Shown: positions 25,045 to 35,408 of the stretch, in pieces
How the letters are laid out: every line of letters starts with the position of its first letter
Position numbering within the stretch: the first letter of the stretch is position 1
Assembly: GCA_963772835.1 (NCBI GenBank)
Contig: CAVYYZ010000015.1
Coordinates: forward strand, 1 to 64,000
Length of the DNA stretch: 64,000 nucleotides
Source: an uncultured delta proteobacterium
GTDB lineage: Bacteria > Desulfobacterota > Desulfuromonadia > Geobacterales > Pseudopelobacteraceae
Direction: 5' to 3'
Notes under the pieces: model-generated
The model's input: the letters and a program-made list of their open reading frames with translations, nothing else
The model's database searches: none
Told to the model about the DNA's origin: nothing
Translations under genes and position numbers: made by a program

Positions 25045-26755
25045 TCAGCCCTCCTGCAGCAAGTCGTTCACAGAGGCCGGATGTTCTGCGCGTGCGCCGT
25101 TCGAGCGTCTGGCGGAAAACCTCTTCCGTCCCCCAGATTTCAAGTGAACAGCGGGCACGCGTGACCGCTGTATACAGCAGTTCGCGGCTGAGGACTTCTG
25201 ACATATGGTTCGGCAGGATCAGCAGAATCCGGTCAAACTCGGAGCCCTGACTTTTATGGACGGTCAGGGCAAAAGCCGGCTCAAATGGGGGGAGGCGCAG
25301 CCGGGAAAGGTGCCGCACTCCCCCCTCAGGGTTTTCAAACCAGACTGCCTGAGAACCATCGTGATCCATGACCACTCCGGTATCACCATTAAACAGCCCC
25401 AGTTCATAGTTGTTCCCGGTAATCATGACCGGCATCGTTATGCTCCGGGGATCGTTTTTGCTCCCGGAAGTGAGGGCGCTCAGACAGAGCCTGTTCAGGT
25501 TATCAATGCCGTATGATCCTGCGCGGAGCGGCGATAGCACTCTGAACGTACCCAGTCCGGCAAGAGCGTCTCCGGGAGAGGTCGCCCGGGCATATTCCGC
25601 ATATCCTTCCCGGGCTGCAGCGATGACGGCCTTATCAAATAACGTGCCGGCCGGCAGCGGACGCCAGATGACGTCCGGGTACCGTCCCGATGTCAGCAGT
25701 TCCGCGGCGGCATCGCACTCTCCGGCATTGATCAGCCTGCTCAGTGCGGCAATGCCGCTGTCATCACCGAAGCGGTAGCTTTTGGTCAGCTGCGTGACCG
25801 GGACGGTCCTCTCTCCCCCGCTGTCGCAGATATCCGCCAGCACCGCACCGGCTTCAACCGAAGCCAGCTGGTTGTGATCCCCCAGCAGTATGACCCGCGC
25901 ATCATCACGCAGTGCCACCATCAGACCGGCCATCATCTGCAGATCTACCATGGACGCTTCGTCAACAACGAGGATGTCGCAGGGGAGTCGATTGTCGCGA
26001 TTATGCCGGAAACCGCCCCTGCGTGTTTGTACACCGAGTAAACGATGGATCGTGCTGACTCCGGTCGGCAGGCAACTTCTTATTTCATCCGGAAGAACAA
26101 GGCGATCTGCGGCATACATAATCGACTGGTGGAGACGCATCGCTGCTTTGCCGGTTGGAGCGGCCAACACAATCTCCTGGCGGGAATCTCCCGCCATATC
26201 GAGCAGCAGAGCCAGAATGCGTGCCACGGTAGCGGTTTTACCGGTTCCCGGCCCGCCCGAAATAATTGAGAAGCGGTGGGTAAGCGCCATCCGCGCGGCC
26301 GAGCGCTGCAGATCGACCGAACCGTTCCGGACGGGGAAATAGCGGTCAAGAGCAGCATCAAGCCGGTTTTCGTCCAGTGTCATCGGCCGGCTCCGGGAGA
26401 GGATTCCGGAGGCCACCTGCTGTTCATATCGCCAGCAGCGGTGCAGGTAAAGCCGCCCCGACGGATCAAGCACCAGCGGCGTATATTCTCCCGGAGCCCC
26501 GACGGTGTCACATATCTGCAGAGTCTTCATCCAGTGATCCATGTCGGTGGGGGGGGGTGTTCTTGTGGAGGAAAAAACAGGGAGGGAAGCGCCCGCCGAT
26601 TGATCGGTAAAAGTGAAACAGGAATGGCCGAGCCCGGCAGAATAGCTGGCCATGGCGGCCCCCCACCAGAGTTCAGTGCCGGGATGCCGGTCGATTCTGA
26701 CGATAAAATCGGCAAAATGGCTGTCAAGAAGAGATAGTTTGATTGCTTCAGTCAT
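25037..26755 (-). CDS. recD: RecD-type SF1B helicase (exonuclease V alpha)
   Basis: ISGGPGTGKT, AAPTGKAA, TIHRLL, VVDEASMVD, LGDHNQLASVEAG, LTVHKSQGSEF, YTAVTRAR. Confidence 0.9.
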   Translation of the reverse strand: MTEAIKLSLLDSHFADFIVRIDRHPGTELWWGAAMASYSAGLGHSCFTFTDQSAGASLPVFSSTRTPPPTDMDHWMKTLQICDTVGAPGEYTPLVLDPSGRLYLHRCWRYEQQVASGILSRSRPMTLDENRLDAALDRYFPVRNGSVDLQRSAARMALTHRFSIISGGPGTGKTATVARILALLLDMAGDSRQEIVLAAPTGKAAMRLHQSIMYAADRLVLPDEIRSCLPTGVSTIHRLLGVQTRRGGFRHNRDNRLPCDILVVDEASMVDLQMMAGLMVALRDDARVILLGDHNQLASVEAGAVLADICDSGGERTVPVTQLTKSYRFGDDSGIAALSRLINAGECDAAAELLTSGRYPDVIWRPLPAGTLFDKAVIAAAREGYAEYARATSPGDALAGLGTFRVLSPLRAGSYGIDNLNRLCLSALTSGSKNDPRSITMPVMITGNNYELGLFNGDTGVVMDHDGSQAVWFENPEGGVRHLSRLRLPPFEPAFALTVHKSQGSEFDRILLILPNHMSEVLSRELLYTAVTRARCSLEIWGTEEVFRQTLERRTRRTSGLCERLAAGGLND

Positions 26756-26776
26756 CGGGAATTGCCTTTATGCTTT

Positions 26777-27844
26777 TCAAACTGATTTTTCATTCATAGT
26801 TGTGCTGAACACCGTCAAACGATTTTTACCACTCCGTTTACTGACAAACATCGCTTCGTCGGCATTTGCCATGATCGTTCGCACGTCACTCCCGTCATCC
26901 GGATATCCGGCCACCCCGGCAGAGAGTGTTGTCGTAATGCTGTGACCTTCGAAATCAAAGGAAGTTGACGCCATTCCGGCAACGATCCTTTCAATTGCAC
27001 TGACAACTTCCTGCGGGCCGGCCTCATTAAACATGATCACAAATTCATCTCCACCGTAACGGGCGCAGATATCCGAACTGCGGACGTGAGTGTTGATTAA
27101 CAGGGCAACCTGCTGTATCAGCCTGGTTCCGGCAAAGTGGCCGTACTGGTCGTTGGTTATTTTGAGGTTGTCGGCGTCAATCATGCAGATCGCAAAACGG
27201 CGGATATAGCGCCTGGCAAGTTTTTCCTGCGTATCGGCCAGCAGAAAGAAATTACGCATGTTATTGAGGCCGGTAACGTCATCGGTCAGCGACAGGCGTT
27301 CCACTTCGCAGCGTGCCGCCTCACTCTCTCCGGCCAGCATGGCACCCAGATGAGCAATCAGCATAAAGGGGAACAGCTCGATAATGTGGGTCAGATAATA
27401 GTTGAGCTCGCGGAATTCGGCGAAAGCAAGCAGGATATAGGAGGACACCGCCAGACCGGCCATGAAGTAGGTTACCCGACGCCCCTGCGTAAGTGCGGTT
27501 GCCATCAGGATAAGGTAAATCAGCGACATAAACGGACTGGTCACCTTGCCGGTATACCAGCAGACCGCCACAATGAAGGAGAGAAAGACCATCAGATCAA
27601 TAAAAATCTTTATGGCGCCGTATTTGCGGGACAGCACACCATACCGGGCGTTAAGATTGTAGAAAAACAAAAGGACGGAGAATCCTGCCAGAAATGACAT
27701 CGCGGAGCCGTCAGTCGGGGAAAGCTTGATGTCAAGAGCCACCAGCGCGATCAGCAGCCACGAGATGTTACCCATGATGCGGTCGTATCCCTTGTATCGC
27801 ACCTGCAGGCTCTGACTGTCATCGGTCCGGCGGTGGCCTTCCAT
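26777..27844 (-). CDS. Membrane-bound GGDEF dinucleotide cyclase with the Hypr (D-to-T) signature
   Basis: About 6 TM helices; DADNLKITNDQYGHFAGT; RSSD I-site; RYGGDEF; AAGGAGG RBS before MEGHRR. Confidence 0.9.
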   Translation of the reverse strand: MEGHRRTDDSQSLQVRYKGYDRIMGNISWLLIALVALDIKLSPTDGSAMSFLAGFSVLLFFYNLNARYGVLSRKYGAIKIFIDLMVFLSFIVAVCWYTGKVTSPFMSLIYLILMATALTQGRRVTYFMAGLAVSSYILLAFAEFRELNYYLTHIIELFPFMLIAHLGAMLAGESEAARCEVERLSLTDDVTGLNNMRNFFLLADTQEKLARRYIRRFAICMIDADNLKITNDQYGHFAGTRLIQQVALLINTHVRSSDICARYGGDEFVIMFNEAGPQEVVSAIERIVAGMASTSFDFEGHSITTTLSAGVAGYPDDGSDVRTIMANADEAMFVSKRSGKNRLTVFSTTMNEKSV

Positions 27845-27857
27845 ATCTGAAACCTCC

Positions 27858-28307
27858 TTATCCAGCGGCTGCCAGAGCAACTACAGCCGTTACTGCATAG
27901 CGGGCAAGTTTTCCGGAAGCGACCAGGAGCGAAAAAAGCCCGAAATTAATCCTCATCATCCCTCCCACCAGGCAGAGTGGATCACCGACAATCGGCAGCC
28001 AGGAAAAAAACAACGAGCAGGAACCATAGCGGCGATAATACTGCCGGGCCCGCTCCTGCTGACCCGGAGAAACCCGTAGTACCTTCTCGATCAGCCAGCT
28101 GCCGCCGCCGGCTCCTATCAGATACGTCAGGACGGCACCCAGATAATTGCCGACAGTGGCAACAGCAACAGTCGAAACCGGATCATACCCCCCCGTCAGC
28201 ATCATAACCAGCAGCCACTCCGATCCAAGCGGCAGAAGTGTCGAAGCCAAAAAACTCATGAAGAACAGTGGCACGTAGCCAGGGTTGTTGAGCCAGTCAT
28301 GAAGCAT
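27858..28307 (-). CDS. YqaA/DedA-family membrane protein
   Basis: SFLASTLLPLGSE, ATVGNYLGA, SWLPIVGDPLC, GKLARY. Confidence 0.88.
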   Translation of the reverse strand: MLHDWLNNPGYVPLFFMSFLASTLLPLGSEWLLVMMLTGGYDPVSTVAVATVGNYLGAVLTYLIGAGGGSWLIEKVLRVSPGQQERARQYYRRYGSCSLFFSWLPIVGDPLCLVGGMMRINFGLFSLLVASGKLARYAVTAVVALAAAG

Positions 28308-28440
28308 GACAGTATATGTCAGAAATTGGTTGTCAAATTGGTTCAAACCGTTACAATGCTCCCCGGTACTTTAATAGTACCCCGTTTTAGATCCGGAAAC
28401 AACATTGTAGCGATAAATTCGGTTTCGGCAAGGAGGAACC

Positions 28441-29484
28441 ATGCAAAAGGGGAAACCGGCTAAAAAATATTCCCAGGCGGGACGCCTGCATTCAATCATC
28501 CGGCTGCTGGAGACCAGGCGCGGACTGACCCTGGACGAACTGGCAGAGGAGTGTGACGTTGATCGCCGCACCATTCACCGTGATCTGAATGCGATGGAGC
28601 AGGCCGGCTACACGTTGACGACAGAGTGGAGTGACGGTAAAAAGGTCTACAGCTTTCTGACCAGGTCGCGCAACCTCCCCCCCATAACCTTTACCCTTCC
28701 GCAGCTGATGTCGCTCTACCTGCTGCGCTCACTGGGGGCCCATCTGGCCGGCACGCCGTTTCAGGCCGAGATAGATGAACTGTTCAAAAGCATTCATTCC
28801 ATACTTCCCGACCGGCATGCCGCCCATCTGGAACGGATTGCACGGGTATCCGTGCCGCTGCTTCACGGAGCGCGTGACTACTCACCGTCGGCCCCTTTTG
28901 TCAGTGACCTGCAGAAAGCGCTGCTGCAGCAGTACCGCATCCGGCTCAAGTATGCCAAGAAGGGTAAAGGCGAGCCCGATGACTATGAGGTAGACCCTTA
29001 TACCCTGGTCTTTCACAAGGGGGGGATCTATCTGCTGGGAAATGCTCATAACCGTTCCGGCATGCGCCTTTTCGCATTGGAACGCATCCGGGGGATAGAG
29101 GTCACCCGCCAGCGTTTTGAAATCCCGGACAGCTATCAACCGGAAACTCATTTCAGCAGCGCCTTCGGCCTGGTGAGTGATGCTCCGATGAAGGTGCGTG
29201 TTCGTTTTTCCACCGAGATCGCCCACGCAGTCAAGGATCGGATCTGGATGCCGGGGCAGATGATCAGCAATGATGCCGAAGGACGGACCGTTGTCGAATT
29301 TGAGGCCGCCGGCCAGATGGAACTGGTATCATGGATTCTTTCCTACGGGAGACATGCCGAAGTGCTGGATCCGCCTGAAATACGCAAGGAAGTAAAGCGT
29401 CAGGTCAAAGAGATGCGGCAGATGTATCGAGGCAAGGAAAAGGAGAACGAACATACCGTTAAGAAGGGCAGACAGGTTAAATAG
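28441..29484 (+). CDS. HTH-WYL-WCX transcriptional regulator
   Basis: N-terminal wHTH (ELAEECDVDRRTIHRDL), WYL (VDPYTL...IYLLG...RLFALERI), WCX (WILSYGRHAEVLDPPEIR). Confidence 0.9.
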   Translation: MQKGKPAKKYSQAGRLHSIIRLLETRRGLTLDELAEECDVDRRTIHRDLNAMEQAGYTLTTEWSDGKKVYSFLTRSRNLPPITFTLPQLMSLYLLRSLGAHLAGTPFQAEIDELFKSIHSILPDRHAAHLERIARVSVPLLHGARDYSPSAPFVSDLQKALLQQYRIRLKYAKKGKGEPDDYEVDPYTLVFHKGGIYLLGNAHNRSGMRLFALERIRGIEVTRQRFEIPDSYQPETHFSSAFGLVSDAPMKVRVRFSTEIAHAVKDRIWMPGQMISNDAEGRTVVEFEAAGQMELVSWILSYGRHAEVLDPPEIRKEVKRQVKEMRQMYRGKEKENEHTVKKGRQVK

Positions 29485-29567
29485 GAGTCATGCCGTTTCG
29501 TGCAGAGGATTGATATGATATCCGGGGAAAGCAGAAGATATTAAAAGCATACACGAAAGAGCCTGCC

Positions 29568-30419
29568 ATGAAAGCGTTGCTCAGGTATTTTGATACAATT
29601 TCTAAACCGGTCACACTCATGATTAGTGTTGTCATGGTCATTTTGCTCGGGATTGCCGACCGCTCGACCGGGTATGAGATTTCGTTTTCGATATTTTATT
29701 TGTTGCCGGTGGCACTTGCTTCATGGTGCAATAAAAAAAGTCAGGCCGTTACAGTATCCGCTCTCAGCGCGACCACATGGCTGTGGGCCGATTCTGCAGC
29801 CGGTCATACCTATTCTCACATTGCCATTCCGTTTTGGAATTCAGCAACCAGATTCGGATTTTTTTTATTGACCGCATTTTCTCTGGCTGAGATCAGAAAA
29901 CTTCTTGATGTCGAGCGGGCATCGGCACGAGTCGATCATTTAACCGGCGTAGCCAATAGCAGGGCGTTCTATGAATATGCAAAAATTGAATTCGACCGCT
30001 CGTAAAGATTCGGTCGACCAATTACGATTGCCTATATTGACGTCGATAATTTCAAGCAGGTTAATGATACACGCGGACACAGTCAAGGTGATGATCTATT
30101 GCAGTTGATTGCATCAACAATAAAGCAGAACACACGGTCAATAGATATCGTGTCGAGGCTCGGCGGGGACGAATTTGCTATTTTATTCCTGGAAACAAAT
30201 GAGGATAATGCAAAAACGGCCATCGGTAATATGCATGCGGAGTTACTTCGCGTAACCAACGGCAACAATTGGCCGGTAACGTTCAGCATTGGAGCTGTTA
30301 CGTGCTACAGGCAATTCAATGTAGATGAGTTGATTAAAACGGCAGATAATTTGATGTACGCTGTTAAGTCCAGCGGGAAAAACCGGGTTGAATATTCAAC
30401 GTATACATCTTCTACATAA
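29568..30419 (+). pseudogene. Membrane diguanylate cyclase with an in-frame TAA at 30003-30005
   Basis: The frame continues after the stop: RFGRPITIAYIDVDNFKQVNDTRGHSQGD...RLGGDEF. AT-richer than its neighbours. Confidence 0.85.
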
Positions 30420-30582
30420 GAACGAACCCGTACATATCGGCATTACCAACATACAAAAGCCCGGCCCGCCATGGTGGCAACAATACAAAAACAGATAAGC
30501 TGGTTCGGCACTGCAGGTGGGTTACCCTCTGACGGAGTACGACTGTACCTGGATTCTGCTTATCAGCGCGCGAGACATTGAC

Positions 30583-31728
30583 ATGGCATACGATATACCA
30601 CTACATGATATCATCACGGCCCGTATCACCGAACAGGGGCGCATCACCTTTGCCGACTTCATGGCGGCCTGCCTCTACGAACCGGGACTCGGATACTACA
30701 CGTCACCGGGGCGAAAGGTCGGCGCGGAGGGTGATTTTTATACCAGTATAACCGTGCACGCCGCCTTCGGACGGGTGATTGCCCGAGAGATCGCCCGGAT
30801 GTGGCGCAGCATGGAGAGTCCCGCCGACTTTACCCTGGTGGAGTGCGGTGCCGGAAACGGGCGTCTGGCGTGCGATATCATGGATTTTCTGGCGGAGCGC
30901 GAGCCGGAGATGTACCGTTGTCTCTGCCTGGTACTGGTAGAGCAGGAGCCGTCTCTCGAATCGGCGCAGCGGGAGATGCTGGCCGGTCACATCGAGCGGC
31001 TTTCCTGGCGATCGGGAGATGAATTTGCTTCGGGCGGTTTTACATTCAGCGGCTGCCTCTATTCCAATGAACTGATCGATGCCCTCCCGACCCATCGGGT
31101 GATAATGACCACGGAAGGGCTGAAGGAACTGTATGTGACGTGTACCGATGATGCATTTGTCGAAGAGGCGGGAGAGCCATCAACTCCGGAGCTTGAAGCA
31201 TATCTGAAACGTGTTGATGTGGAGCTTCTTCCCGGCCAGCAGGCCGAAGTCAACCTGAACTCCACGAAATGGCTTGCCTCTGCCGCCGGAGCTCTTCAGC
31301 GCGGCTTCATCCTGACGATCGATTACGGGTATCCCGCACAGGAACTGTACACACCCCGGCGCAAGCTGGGGACGCTGCTCTGCTACTACCGCCATCAGAT
31401 CGAAGAGAACCCCTATCTGCGGCCGGGACTGCAGGATATCACCGCTCACGTGGATTTCACCACATTGATGACGTTCGGGGAGTCATTGGGACTTCAGAAT
31501 GTCTGGTTCGGGGAACAATATCGCTTCCTGCTCTCAACAGGGATCATCGAGGAGATAGAGGATATTGAACGATCCGCCATATCTGAAGAGGAAAAACTCC
31601 GGCTCCGTTTGACTCTCAAAAAACTGATTATGCCTGACGGGGGGATGGGGGACACCTTCAAGGTGCTGATACAGTCCCGAGGGGTGGCTGAACCCGGCCT
31701 TCTGTGCCAGCGCAGGATCGGAGGATGA
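30583..31728 (+). CDS. SAM-dependent methyltransferase, MidA/NDUFAF7 family
   Basis: LYEPGLGYY, GDFYTS, VECGAGNG, SNELIDALP, IDYG, QDITAHVDF. Confidence 0.9.
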   Translation: MAYDIPLHDIITARITEQGRITFADFMAACLYEPGLGYYTSPGRKVGAEGDFYTSITVHAAFGRVIAREIARMWRSMESPADFTLVECGAGNGRLACDIMDFLAEREPEMYRCLCLVLVEQEPSLESAQREMLAGHIERLSWRSGDEFASGGFTFSGCLYSNELIDALPTHRVIMTTEGLKELYVTCTDDAFVEEAGEPSTPELEAYLKRVDVELLPGQQAEVNLNSTKWLASAAGALQRGFILTIDYGYPAQELYTPRRKLGTLLCYYRHQIEENPYLRPGLQDITAHVDFTTLMTFGESLGLQNVWFGEQYRFLLSTGIIEEIEDIERSAISEEEKLRLRLTLKKLIMPDGGMGDTFKVLIQSRGVAEPGLLCQRRIGG

Positions 31729-32373
31729 ATGGCGCCTTTTGCCTCTGCTGAAATCCGCGGCATAGTGTTCGACCTCGACGGCACCCTGTATGTGTGCGAC
31801 CGGTTTGCTGCCGAGATCCAGAATGCCGCCGCTGCGTATATCGCCGGCCACAGGCACATCACCCGGACGGAAGCGGGTACGCTGATTGACGCCACCCGGT
31901 TGAGGCTTGCGTCAGAGAGCGGTACGGCCCCGACTCTCTCTGCAGTCTGCATAGAGCTGGGAGGAAGTGTACAGAAGCTGCATCAGTACTTTGAGAACAA
32001 CCTGCGGCCGGAAGCATATCTGGTACGGGATGAGAGGGTAATCCGCCTGATGGAACGCCTTGCAGAACACTTTTCGCTTTACATATACACGAATAACAAT
32101 CGGGTCCTATCGGCCCGGATCATGAATTATCTGGGACTGGACCATGTAGTGCGCGACATCTTTACCATCGACGATACCTGGCAGGGCAAACCTGATGAAG
32201 AGATGGCAAAAAAGGTACTGAAGGAGATCGGGCTTTCTCCGGATGAGGCGCTGTTTGTGGGAGATCGCTACGACGTGGACCTGCGCGTACCTGAACAGCT
32301 CGGCTGCCCCGTTTATCTGAGCCGGAACCTGGAGCAGTTATTGCGGCTGGAGGGACTGCTTACTCCCCCCTGA
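31729..32373 (+). CDS. HAD-superfamily hydrolase
   Basis: FDLDGTLY, YTN, GKPD, FVGDRYDVD. Confidence 0.88.
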   Translation: MAPFASAEIRGIVFDLDGTLYVCDRFAAEIQNAAAAYIAGHRHITRTEAGTLIDATRLRLASESGTAPTLSAVCIELGGSVQKLHQYFENNLRPEAYLVRDERVIRLMERLAEHFSLYIYTNNNRVLSARIMNYLGLDHVVRDIFTIDDTWQGKPDEEMAKKVLKEIGLSPDEALFVGDRYDVDLRVPEQLGCPVYLSRNLEQLLRLEGLLTPP

Positions 32374-32393
32374 ATGTGAAATTTGAATTGATT

Positions 32394-33343
32394 CTACTCC
32401 TTCCGCAGATAGGTCAATAGCTCCTGCATATCCTCCGGCGGTTCGGTTGTAAACTCAACATATTCCCCACTCGATGGATGAATGAAACCGAGACATCGTG
32501 CGTGCAGCGCCTGGCGGCCAAGACGGTTTATCATGCCTCGCAGCTGAGTGTCGGGGATATTGTTGCAGCGGCCTCCGTCAGGATACAACGGATCACCCAG
32601 CAGCGGAAAACCTGCTTCGGTCAGATGCACGCGGATCTGGTGTGTGCGGCCGGTCTCCAGTCGCAGTTCCACCAGTGAAACCCTTCCGTAGCGCTCCTTT
32701 ACCTTCCAGCGGGTGACCGCATGTTTTCCGTTCTTGGCCTTGCCGGACAAGCGGAGCCGCTCGGTTGGATGGCGGCCGATAATCCCCTCTATTTTGCCGG
32801 TATCTTCCGGTGGAGAACTGTAAATCAGCGCCTGATAAATGCGTTTGACGGTGTGAGCGCTGAACTGTTCCGAAAGCGCATGATGGGCACGGTCATGCTT
32901 TGCCGCCACCAGCACACCGGAGGTCCCCTTGTCCAGGCGATGGACAATGCCGGGGCGCAATTCGCCGCCAATACCGGCAAGATCGCTGCAGTGCGCCAGC
33001 AGGGCATTTACCAGGGTGCCGCTGGTGTTGCCGGCTCCGGGGTGGACTACCATGCCGGCCGCTTTATTGATCACAATCAGATCGCTGTCCTCATACAGCA
33101 CCTCCAGCGGAATCGCCTCGGCCAGCGGCTGCGCCGGAAGCGGCGGAGGTATGTCGATCTCGATCTGCTCACCCCCCTTCAGTTTCAGCGAAGTGCGCAC
33201 CTGTTTTCCGTCAACCAGGATGTTACCGGTCTCGATAAGCCTCTGCACAGAGGCACGGGATTCTCCCCCATTTCCCTGCTGAGAAAAAGATCAAGCCTGA
33301 CCGGTTCATTGTCGGGGGAGAATGTAAGTGAAAGATGATTCAT
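32394..33343 (-). CDS. rluD: RluD-type 23S rRNA pseudouridine synthase; -1 indel in the G-run near 33268
   Basis: INKAAGMVVHPG, GIVHRLDKGTSG, LETGRTHQIRVH, RQALHA. The S4 N-terminus MNHLSLTF...VRLDLFL lies in another frame from 33343. Confidence 0.9.
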
Positions 33344-33471
33344 ACTGTTCCTTCGTATCTGGTTTTCACCCGGGATTCCGGATGAACCGCTGTGTATTTT
33401 CGAGCGGGCAGAAACAGCAAAGGCGCACCGGAGAAGGCACGCCTTGCAGAATTACCCGGTATGACTGTCCG

Positions 33472-33735
33472 TTACCAGATTGATGATTCTATCTTGCCTG
33501 CGCGCTTGATGAGAACATCCACGACAGCGGTTCCGTAGATGATTTCCGGGTTGATATCTGCGGATACCCGGGAGAGAAAATGCTGACGCCCCTCTTCAAG
33601 TTCCTCTTTGAGAACATCGAAAATATCGTCATTCTTGATACCCTTCTCAACCTTTTCCTTGTTATACATGGCCACGTCGGAAAGAATGGCTCTGGCCAGC
33701 CGCTTTGCCTGATCCGGGTTATCTATCATATTCAT
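33472..33735 (-). CDS. Small hypothetical protein
   Basis: AKRLARAILSDVAMYN-type ORF with an RBS and a downstream hairpin (33417-33447). Confidence 0.75.
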   Translation of the reverse strand: MNMIDNPDQAKRLARAILSDVAMYNKEKVEKGIKNDDIFDVLKEELEEGRQHFLSRVSADINPEIIYGTAVVDVLIKRAGKIESSIW

Positions 33736-33776
33736 GGATGAAGCCCCTCATGACGTAAAGTTTTAGCCTTATAGCA

Positions 33777-35213
33777 CTATTTTACACGTAATGCAAAGTA
33801 GATGCTCGCATTTCCGCGCCGGACCAGAATAGTCGCACTGCCGCCCCGGGCGGCCTGCTGGATGGCACGGGTATATTCGGCCACCGTGGCGGTCCTTGAA
33901 CGATTTACCGATACTATCACATCACCGCGTTTAATACCCGCATCAGCAGCTGACCCGCCACGCACCGCTTCAACGACCGCAACGCCCTCACCCTGCCCGG
34001 CATTTTCAACAACCAGACCGAGACGATCTGCTTCTCCATCCTGCTGTCGACTGCTGCGCTCCCCACGCTGACGTTGTTTTGGTGCGGTGTCTGCACTGGC
34101 GAGAGTTATGCCCAGCTCAAGCGCTTTTCCGTCACGGAAAACAGATATTTTCGCAACTTTTCCGATGCCGGCTTCGGCAACCAGCCGTTGGAGGTGGGAG
34201 GGGTCCTTGACCTCGCTGCCGTTCAGGCCGGTGATGACATCCCCCTGCCTGACGCCGGCCTTGTCGGCCGGGCCCCCTTTAATTACATCATTCACCAGCG
34301 CACCCCTGGCCTGCTTCAATCCGAATGACTGTGCAAGTTCATCGGTTACCGGCTGAATCGTGACCCCCATATAGCCGCGACTGACACTCCCTTTCTGAAT
34401 CAACTGAGAAAAAACCGGTTTGGCCATGTTAACCGGGATGGCGAACCCGATCCCCTGCCCTGCTGCCACGATAGCCGTATTAATGCCGACCACCTCTCCG
34501 TAGACGTTCAGCAGCGGCCCCCCGGAGTTGCCGGGGTTGATGGAGGCATCTGTCTGGATGAAATTTTCATAGGTTTCAATACCGATATTGGAACGACCGG
34601 TGGCTGAGATGACGCCGACCGTCATGGTGCGGTCCAGGCCGAAGGGATTTCCGATGGCAATCGCCCATTGTCCGACCTCAAGTTTGTCAGAATCACCAAA
34701 TACAACGGCCGGAAGATCGTTCGCGTTGATCTTGATCACAGCGATGTCGGTTTTCTGGTCGCCTCCGATCACTTTGGCATCATACACCTTGTCATTGGAA
34801 AGTTTGACTTGAATACTCTCGGCGTCGCGTACGACATGGTCATTGGTGACGATGAAACCGTCCCTGCTGATCAGAAATCCTGAGCCGAGGCTTCTGTCCT
34901 GCCGTGTCTGCGGGCCTCCGAAAAAATCTTCGAAAAGGGGGTTTGCTTCAAAAAACGGCTGTATGGCTTTTTTCCGGCTGATTGTCGAGATGTTAACAAC
35001 GGAAGGGGTCACTTTTTTTGATACGTTGCTGAATGCTTTCTGGGTGGAGAGGATATCGGTCGGCACATCCTTGACAGGGGCTTCCGCTTCGCCCCCCTTG
35101 CGGCTCGACTCAAGAAACAGCGGAGCTTCGTTTTTGCCGTTGCAGCCGGCTAAGGCAGCAGCAGTCAGCCATGCAGTCACAATCAAGAGGGAGATTCGAG
35201 TGAGATGATTCAT
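33777..35213 (-). CDS. DegP/DegQ (Do) serine endoprotease with two PDZ domains
   Basis: TNDHVV, DIAVIK, INPGNSGGPL; lipobox LAGC. Confidence 0.93.
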   Translation of the reverse strand: MNHLTRISLLIVTAWLTAAALAGCNGKNEAPLFLESSRKGGEAEAPVKDVPTDILSTQKAFSNVSKKVTPSVVNISTISRKKAIQPFFEANPLFEDFFGGPQTRQDRSLGSGFLISRDGFIVTNDHVVRDAESIQVKLSNDKVYDAKVIGGDQKTDIAVIKINANDLPAVVFGDSDKLEVGQWAIAIGNPFGLDRTMTVGVISATGRSNIGIETYENFIQTDASINPGNSGGPLLNVYGEVVGINTAIVAAGQGIGFAIPVNMAKPVFSQLIQKGSVSRGYMGVTIQPVTDELAQSFGLKQARGALVNDVIKGGPADKAGVRQGDVITGLNGSEVKDPSHLQRLVAEAGIGKVAKISVFRDGKALELGITLASADTAPKQRQRGERSSRQQDGEADRLGLVVENAGQGEGVAVVEAVRGGSAADAGIKRGDVIVSVNRSRTATVAEYTRAIQQAARGGSATILVRRGNASIYFALRVK

Positions 35214-35408
35214 CCTGAACGGTACCTGTATTGGGAGTAAATGAGTTAACATGCCGAAACAGTAGCCAAAATCAACCGGCGTGTCAAGGGATTCAGGCTC
35301 AATGCACTCTGGTACCACGTGCGTTCTATTCAGCATAATTATGTTATTGAATCACCGGTCAGTTTGTGTAAAAGTGTAATCAGAATCAATACAATGGCGG
35401 GGGAAAAT

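Noticed and set aside
17026..31728. Complex I assembly cluster (NDUFA9-like and NDUFAF7-like genes)
   Set aside because: Both families are widespread in bacteria, the genes are 13 kb apart on opposite strands, and no nuo genes are present.
33417..33447. ANTAR-like GCAAAGGCGC hairpin
   Set aside because: Single copy on the non-coding strand; better explained as one arm of the hairpin following the minus-strand gene.
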